Shown here in pieces: positions 57,980-64,000 of a stretch of DNA of 64,000 nucleotides. The DNA is from an uncultured Chloroflexia bacterium (GTDB lineage Bacteria > Chloroflexota > Limnocylindria > Limnocylindrales > CSP1-4). How positions within the stretch are numbered: position 1 is the first letter of the stretch; the number at the start of each line of letters is the position of its first letter. The DNA lies in assembly GCA_963752475.1 (NCBI GenBank), contig CAVVYR010000006.1, positions 32,001-96,000 of the forward strand, read 5' to 3'. Under the pieces are notes generated by a model. That model made no database searches. It had not been told where the DNA came from and saw only the letters and a list, made by a program, of their open reading frames with translations. A program made the position numbers and the translations under genes.

Positions 57980-59527
57980 CTAGGAACCCACGCTCGCCAG
58001 ATCGGGCACCTTCCGATCGAGGGTCAGTCGCAGCGCCCGCTGGACCGACTGGTATTTCCTCTTGCCAGCCTTGTTCTCGAGCATGCAGGGGTCGCCCGGC
58101 TTCTTGCGCCGCCAGGCGTGGCACTCTCCGCCGCTGAGGTCGTAGAGCTCGGTCTCGCCCGTCTCGTAGCGCGTGTACATCCAGCGACAGGCATCCTTCT
58201 TCTTGCCCTTGCAGACCTTCGAGGCCAACGGTGATGCCCCCGTCGTGGTGAGGCTCCAGTACCGCGGCACCCGGCGCTCCTCATCGAGGTAGCTGCCCAG
58301 CACGGTCTTGCGCCAGAGCGTCTGGCGCTCTCCGGTGATCAACTTCAGCAGCGACACGCCGTCGGCCTTGGGCTGGCCGGTGGGGTAGGGGCCCAGCCGA
58401 CAGCCGGCGATCTCGCACAGCGTCGGCGCGAGGTCGATGTTCTGCACTCGCTCACCGACGGACTTGGGCACCGTGCCCAGGACCCGCGGCCAACGGATCA
58501 TCAAGGGGATCTCCGTGCCGTAAGGGGCCTTCTTGTCGTGCAGGAAGCGCTGTGACCCAAAGGCCATGCCGTTGTCCGAGGTGAGCACGAACATCGTGTT
58601 CGCCAACCGCCCCTTCTTCCGTAGCTTCTTGGCGATGTCGCCGACCATCTCGTCGACCGAGAGCATGCCCCGGCAGACCCTGGAGAGGTCGTAGCCCTTC
58701 CGCTCCACGATGCGCCGCGCGCCCACGTACTTCGGCTTGTCGCGCACGTCGCGCTCCATGTAGCCCGGCGGGCGCCAGCGCGCGATGCCGTTGCACTTCT
58801 TCGAACGCTGGTGCCGGGGTGCCACGGTCCAGGGCTTGTGCGCGGTGTAGGGCGCGAGCCACATGAACATCGGCTGCGCCTTGGGGGCCCGGTCGAGCTG
58901 TCGCTTGGCGATGCGAGCGATGACGTCGGTCGAGTAGTGCCGCCTACCCTGCCCATGCCAGCGGGCCACGCCGTTGCTCCACATGTCGTAGTCGTAGTAG
59001 GCCCCGCGGAACCCGTGCATCTCGTCCCAGCCCGGGGGCGTCTTGTCCTCGAGCCGGTCGAAGAGGTTCATGTACTTGCCCACCAGGACCGTGTGGTACC
59101 CGCTGTCCTGGAGCTCGGTGGCCACGGTCATCCCGGGCTTGAAGTCCGACGTGGCGTCGGTCGTGATGGCGCCGTGGTGATGGGCGTGCAGCCCGGTCAG
59201 CAGGCTGGCCCGACCGGGCGTGCAAGCGGGCATCTCCGAGTGAGCGTCGGTGAAGCGCAGACCCTGACGCACGAACAGCTTCTGGATGTTGGGCAGCTTC
59301 TTCCACATCCGGCCGTCGAGCGGCGGGACGTCGTCGAGCACGAGCACCACGATGTCTGGGCGAGGGGAGCGCGGATCGGCCGATGGCGGCGCCGGCGGAT
59401 CGCCCTGCAAGACGGGATACGACTGGCCAGCAGCCACGCCCGCGAAGGTCACCGCACCCAGCGCGGCCACTGCCGTGGCCTTGAGCACGATCGACCGCAA
59501 CTTGCCCGGGACGCGCGACGACCTCAC
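57980..59527 (-). CDS. Secreted formylglycine-type sulfatase
   Basis: PDIVVLVLDD, CTPGRASLLTG (CxPxR), GKYMN, TSDNG, NIDLAPT, ELYDL. Confidence 0.92.
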   Translation of the reverse strand: MRSSRVPGKLRSIVLKATAVAALGAVTFAGVAAGQSYPVLQGDPPAPPSADPRSPRPDIVVLVLDDVPPLDGRMWKKLPNIQKLFVRQGLRFTDAHSEMPACTPGRASLLTGLHAHHHGAITTDATSDFKPGMTVATELQDSGYHTVLVGKYMNLFDRLEDKTPPGWDEMHGFRGAYYDYDMWSNGVARWHGQGRRHYSTDVIARIAKRQLDRAPKAQPMFMWLAPYTAHKPWTVAPRHQRSKKCNGIARWRPPGYMERDVRDKPKYVGARRIVERKGYDLSRVCRGMLSVDEMVGDIAKKLRKKGRLANTMFVLTSDNGMAFGSQRFLHDKKAPYGTEIPLMIRWPRVLGTVPKSVGERVQNIDLAPTLCEIAGCRLGPYPTGQPKADGVSLLKLITGERQTLWRKTVLGSYLDEERRVPRYWSLTTTGASPLASKVCKGKKKDACRWMYTRYETGETELYDLSGGECHAWRRKKPGDPCMLENKAGKRKYQSVQRALRLTLDRKVPDLASVGS

Positions 59528-59560
59528 GCTCCGAATGTAGCGGAGCGTCGAATGCTTGGC

Positions 59561-59637
59561 GCGGCCACCGCGCGGCTAGGGCGGCCACCGCGCGGCTGGG
59601 CGGCCACCGCGCGGCTAGGGCGGCCACCGCGCGGCTA
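59561..59637. repeat. 20-bp tandem repeat x4
   Basis: GCGGCCACCGCGCGGCT(A)GG units between divergent sulfatase and methyltransferase. Confidence 0.9.
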
Positions 59638-59686
59638 TGCTTGGCCCCGAAGCGACCGAACCCAGAACCACGCCCGGAGCCCGCCC

Positions 59687-61132
59687 ATGCGACCGACCAT
59701 CCGCATCCTTGACGACGCGCAGCTGGAGCTCGTGCTCCACGAGTCGCTGCGCATCCTCGAGGAGGTCGGCGTCAAGGTCGTCGGTGAGGAGATGAATGCT
59801 CGGCTCGGCGACGCCGGCTTCAAGACCAACGACAAGGGCCGCTGGGTGTTCTCGGCCGACCGCGTGCGGGCCGCCATCGAGACGGTCCCCGCCAGCTTCA
59901 TGCTCTACGACCGCAACGGTGATGAGTACGCCGAGTACGGCGTGGGCATCAGCCACTTCGCGCCAGGCTCGAGCGGACTCAACATCATCGACCACCGCAC
60001 CGGCGAGCATCGAGGGGCCGCGACAGGCGACTTCATCGAGTACATCAAGGTCGGCCACCAGCTGAAGCACGTGCGCACGCTGGCCACGGCCTTCTCGAGC
60101 AAGGAGATCGAGCCTGTCATCTCCGACGCCTGGCGGCTCTACCTGCTCCTGCGCTACACCACCAAGGCCTTCATCAGCGGCGCATTCACCGAGCACTCGG
60201 TCCCGCGGCTGGTGCAGTTGATGGGGCTGTACCGACGGGACGCGGCGGATCTTGCCGCGCGCCCGATGGCCATCTGCACCGTCACCGCGGCCGGGCAGTT
60301 CACGTACAACGAGGACTCCACGCAGAACCTCATCGATTTCGTCGAGGCCGGCATCCCGGTCGAGATCGTGCCCATCACGCTGATGGCGCTCAACGCGCCG
60401 GTGACGCTGCCGGGCGCGCTCGCCTTCCACACCGCGGAGGTACTGGCCGGCGTGCTCATGGCGCAGACGATCAAGCCGGGTGCACCGACGCTGTTCGGTG
60501 GCTCCGCAGCCGCCTTCCACATGCAGAACACGACCTCGCCGATGACCGCCATCGAGGCCCTGCGGCTGACCAACGCGAGCTCGCTCATGGGCAAGCACCT
60601 GGGCCTGCCGACGCAGGCCTACACCGGCTTCAGCGAGGCCAAGGTGCTCGATGCGCAGGCGGGTTCGGAGACGGCCATGGGTGCGCTGTTGGCGGTGCAG
60701 TCGGGGCTCGACTCGGTCTCGGGCGTGGGCATGCTCGACTACCTGCTCACGTTCAGCATCCCCAAGCTCGTCATCGACGATGAGATCGTGGGCCAGGCGC
60801 TGCACTTCCAGGGCGACATCGTCGATACCGGCGACATCCCCGCGACGGCCATCATCGAGGAGATGTTCGAGGAGGGCCACGCGCTCGTCTCCGAGCACAC
60901 GATGACCAACTGGCCGAGCGCGATGTACCTGCCGGGGGAGGTCTGGGACCGCGACGCCTACGATGCCTGGGCGGCCAAGGGCGAGCTCGACGTGGTGGCG
61001 CGGGCGACCGCCGAGGTCGAGCGGCTGCTGGGCACGTACGAGATGCCCGAAGCCGACCCCGCTCTCGATGCCGAAGCGCGAGCCATCATCAAGTCGGGCC
61101 AGACCCGCGACGAGGAACTACCGGAGGCATAG
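59687..61132 (+). CDS. MttB-superfamily (trimethylamine methyltransferase-like) non-pyrrolysine methyltransferase
   Basis: LHESLRILEEVGV, APVTLPGAL...AEVLAG, PGAP..FG, SEAKVLDAQAGSE, KLVIDDEI; no internal TAG. Confidence 0.88.
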   Translation: MRPTIRILDDAQLELVLHESLRILEEVGVKVVGEEMNARLGDAGFKTNDKGRWVFSADRVRAAIETVPASFMLYDRNGDEYAEYGVGISHFAPGSSGLNIIDHRTGEHRGAATGDFIEYIKVGHQLKHVRTLATAFSSKEIEPVISDAWRLYLLLRYTTKAFISGAFTEHSVPRLVQLMGLYRRDAADLAARPMAICTVTAAGQFTYNEDSTQNLIDFVEAGIPVEIVPITLMALNAPVTLPGALAFHTAEVLAGVLMAQTIKPGAPTLFGGSAAAFHMQNTTSPMTAIEALRLTNASSLMGKHLGLPTQAYTGFSEAKVLDAQAGSETAMGALLAVQSGLDSVSGVGMLDYLLTFSIPKLVIDDEIVGQALHFQGDIVDTGDIPATAIIEEMFEEGHALVSEHTMTNWPSAMYLPGEVWDRDAYDAWAAKGELDVVARATAEVERLLGTYEMPEADPALDAEARAIIKSGQTRDEELPEA

Positions 61133-61138
61133 GTTCGG

Positions 61139-61528
61139 ATGTTGGATTTCCTGGTGGCGCTGTTCGCGGGCGTGATGGGTGCGGCCATGGCCGGCATCTG
61201 GGTCCGCGACATCATGAGCGGCCACGGCTTCGACGCGCCGCATGGGTTGCTTCGGGCGCGCGAGGCTGACTCGGACGACCTCATGGTCTGGCACTGGGCG
61301 GCCGAGTTCGGGACTGCGATCGCGCTGATGGTGGGCGCGTTCCTCATCCTCATCAACGCCGCGCTCGCGGAGCCGATCATGCTGATCGCACTCGGTGGGC
61401 TGATGTACACCGCCACCAACAGCCTGGGCTGGTCACTTGCGGCGCCCGAGCGCTCGCCCTACGTCTGGCCCATGGCCGGCGGCCTCATCGGCGGCATCAT
61501 CAGCGCGGCGGTGCTCATCCTGTTCTAG
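61139..61528 (+). CDS. Hypothetical 4-TM membrane protein
   Basis: Hydrophobic; HWAAEF.TA and Y.ATNSLGW motifs. Confidence 0.7.
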   Translation: MLDFLVALFAGVMGAAMAGIWVRDIMSGHGFDAPHGLLRAREADSDDLMVWHWAAEFGTAIALMVGAFLILINAALAEPIMLIALGGLMYTATNSLGWSLAAPERSPYVWPMAGGLIGGIISAAVLILF

Positions 61529-61708
61529 GGGCGCGTGGGACCAGCCACGGAGACAGCTGCAGCAGCCGCGCCCGCGTGCTCATGCGGTGAGCGATCTCGA
61601 CCAGCCGGCACGCGGATTCGCAGGTTCCGCTCACCGGACGAGCGAAACCGTCAGTCCTGCTCAGCCCATGAGCAAGGACCTTGAGTACCCCTATACCCTT
61701 TCTACCAA

Positions 61709-62713
61709 GGCCGGTCGAGCGAGGACGCGGCTGGCGAGGTCGGGCTGTCACCAGCGGTGGGAGCGCGCTGGTTCCGCCAGGCTGGCGGGATGCCGCCCAT
61801 CGACCTGGCTCCGGTGTCGGAGCGCTACCTGTCGTTCACCGAGCGGGAGGAGTTGGCGATCCTGCACGCACAGCGATGCGGCGTGCGCGAGATCGCTCGC
61901 CGCCTCGGCCGCTCACCCTCGACGATCTCCCGGGAGCTGCGTCGCAACGCGTCGACCCGCAGCCACACGGTGACGTATCGAGCGTCGACCGCGCAGTGGC
62001 ACGCCGAACGTCGCGCCTGCCGCCCCAAGGTCTCGAAGCTCGCCGCGAACGACCGGCTGCGAGCGTATGTGCAGGACCGCCTCGCGGGCGAGATCGCCAG
62101 GCCCGACGGGGAAGCCGTGCCGGGTCCGCGGGTGCCGTGGGTCGGTCGCCGTCACGGGCGCCGAGCCGATCGACGGTGGGCCACTTCGTGGAGCCCCGAG
62201 CAGATCTCCAACCGGCTCCGGCTCGACTTCCCCGATGATGCCTCCATGCGCATCTCCCACGAGGCCATCTACGGGACCCTCTACGTGCAGGGGCGCGGCG
62301 CCCTCCGCCGCGAGCTCGTGGCCTGCCTGCGGACCGGACGCACGCTGCGGGTACCCCGGGCCCGCACACAGGGGCGCGGCAAGACCTTCGTGACACCCGA
62401 GATCATGATCAGCGAGCGGCCCGCCGAAGCCGACGACCGCGCCGTGCCCGGACACTGGGAGGGCGACCTCATCATCGGACTCGGGAGCTCCGCCATCGGC
62501 ACCCTCGTGGAACGCACCTCGCGCTTCACGCTGCTGCTGCACCTGCCGCGCATGCCAGGCCACGGTGAGGGACGGCCACCCAAGAACGGACCGGCGCTCG
62601 CCGGCCACGGTGCGGAGGCCGTGCGTGACGCCATCGCCGCCTCGATCAGCACCCTGCCCGCGCAGCTCCGTCGCTCGTTGACCTGGGACCAGGGCGCCGA
62701 GTTGGCCCAGCAT
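61709..62713 (+). pseudogene. IS30-family transposase, truncated at both ends
   Basis: RYLS..ERE.., RSPSTISRELRRN, WSPEQI, ISHEAIY, PGHWEGDLI, LTWDQG; final catalytic E region and N-terminus are missing. Confidence 0.88.
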
Positions 62714-62744
62714 GGACAGGGATCGACGCAGACACGTCGAGATC

Positions 62745-62822
62745 GCTCACCAGGTGAGCAGCACCGACCTGCTCACTAGGTGAGCAGCACCGGCCCGCTC
62801 GCCGCGCGAGCAGCACCGACCC
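62745..62822. repeat. 26-bp hairpin repeat x3
   Basis: GCTCAC-CAG-GTGAGC, GCTCAC-TAG-GTGAGC, GCTCGC-CGC-GCGAGC, each followed by AGCACCG. Confidence 0.8.
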
Positions 62823-64000
62823 TACGAGGCGGCCGCCGTCGAGGACGAGGATGTCTCGTGGTGTTCCTCCGAGCCCCGGACCCAGCCCGTGACCGGCAGG
62901 CGCACGGCCACGGCCGAGGCACCGATGGTCAGCGTGATGGTCGCGAGCAGACCGGCGTAGAGCTCGGGCGAGACGTCCCCGGCCACGAACACGAGCGACA
63001 CCAGCACGAACGAGAACTCACCCAGCTGCGCCAGACCGGTCGCGATCTGCGAGGGCCGCTCCATCCCACCGAGTTTGCTGTAGATGTAGATGATGCCGGT
63101 CTTGAAGGCGAGCATCAGGCCCACGAAGATGAAGACCCACTGGAAGCCGTTGAAGAGCGCCTCGGGGTTGAGCAGCGAGCCGACCGACACGAAGAACAGC
63201 ACCGCGAAGACGTCACGGAAGGGGAGCAGTCGGCGCCGCGCCTCGCCGGCCATGGGGCTATCGGCGATGACGAGGCCGGCCACGAAGGCCGCCAGCGCCA
63301 GCGGGATGCCGAACACGACAGCTCCCACCCCCGCGCCGATCAAGCCCGCCGCGATCGAGACCAGCAGGAAGAGGTCGTGGTAGTTGCGCAGTCGGCCGAG
63401 CACGGCGGGGAAGAGGCGCGCGGCCAGGATGGCCATGAGGAAGAAGAGCCCGAGGCCGATCATGGCCTCGATCGGGTCCCGCTCCTCGGCGTTCCAGAGC
63501 GCCAGCACGATGGCGCCGACGATGACGCCGGTGAGGTCCTGCAACAGGCTCCAGCCAAGCAGCGACATCTCGGTGACCTTGTTCGTACGGCGTGTGACCG
63601 AGCGCGTGATGTTCACGACCACGACCGACGAGGACATGGCCACGCACAGGCCCAGCACCAGCGCCACCTCGAGCGGTTGGCCCAGCAGCGTCAGGGCCAG
63701 GCCGGCCAGCACCGTCGAGGTCACGATCTGCAGGGGGGAGGCCAGCAACAGCGACCGGTGCTCACGGCGGAGCCGCCCCACGTCGAGCTCGATGCCGACC
63801 TCGAAGAGCAGCAGCACCACGCCCACGTCAGCCAGCAGGCGTACGAACTCCTCGTCGGGTCGGGAGCCTTCGGGCAGCAGCTGGAAGCCGACCAGGCCGA
63901 CCATGAGGTACCCGATGACCGCGGGCAGCCCGGCGCGACGGGCGACGAACCCAGCCACGGCAGCGGCAAGGAAGACGATGCCGAGCTCGAGGATCGGGAT
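62822..64000 (-). CDS. Cation:proton antiporter (CPA2); 5' end outside the window
   Basis: P.VIGYL, GVVLLLFEVGIE, LLQD, PFRDVFAVLFFVSVG, LAQLGEFSF. Confidence 0.9.
   Translation of the reverse strand: MPILELGIVFLAAAVAGFVARRAGLPAVIGYLMVGLVGFQLLPEGSRPDEEFVRLLADVGVVLLLFEVGIELDVGRLRREHRSLLLASPLQIVTSTVLAGLALTLLGQPLEVALVLGLCVAMSSSVVVVNITRSVTRRTNKVTEMSLLGWSLLQDLTGVIVGAIVLALWNAEERDPIEAMIGLGLFFLMAILAARLFPAVLGRLRNYHDLFLLVSIAAGLIGAGVGAVVFGIPLALAAFVAGLVIADSPMAGEARRRLLPFRDVFAVLFFVSVGSLLNPEALFNGFQWVFIFVGLMLAFKTGIIYIYSKLGGMERPSQIATGLAQLGEFSFVLVSLVFVAGDVSPELYAGLLATITLTIGASAVAVRLPVTGWVRGSEEHHETSSSSTAAAS

Noticed and set aside
61130-61141. MttB ends in TAG in frame with the next ORF, suggesting pyrrolysine read-through
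   Set aside because: The TAG is at the normal C-terminus, not the internal Pyl site; no pyl genes are seen; in-frame spacing has a 1-in-3 chance.
61680-61708. CsoR-like operator or IS30 end (TACCCCTATACCC)
   Set aside because: Not palindromic, no matching inverted repeat at the other IS30 end and no copper gene adjacent.

Overview
A 64-kb, very GC-rich chromosomal window with no rRNA or CRISPR array. Gene content and style suggest an aerobic, possibly salt-adapted Chloroflexota- or Actinomycetota-like bacterium (inference). Core genes: a complete mrpA-G Na+/H+ antiporter operon, flavodoxin, a Na+/solute symporter, pyk, xylA, an aa3-type cytochrome c oxidase cluster (ctaC-D-E, apparently split ctaF, ctaG, fused ctaA-ctaB), pyrR, lipB, proline dehydrogenase, arsM/arsR, a YbjD-type OLD nuclease, a sulfatase, an orphan MttB-family methyltransferase and tRNA-Gly(CCC). 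Accessory DNA: an intact IS110, a truncated IS30, four toxin-antitoxin-like modules and a 2.5-kb integrase-less island at tRNA-Gly carrying heliorhodopsin. Main observations: (1) the IS110 has a readable bridge-RNA-like region whose guide segments match its donor and target sites; (2) it inserted into the ATGA stop/start overlap of an ABC transporter operon and supplies a new GTG start and RBS to the downstream gene; (3) four intergenic clusters of a degenerate GTAG-type GTCG-N7-CGAC hairpin repeat have ~51-bp and 38-bp spacing; (4) a PyrK/PyrD-like pair and a GalT-like protein have rewired active sites. All calls are from reading motifs by eye; no searches were run.
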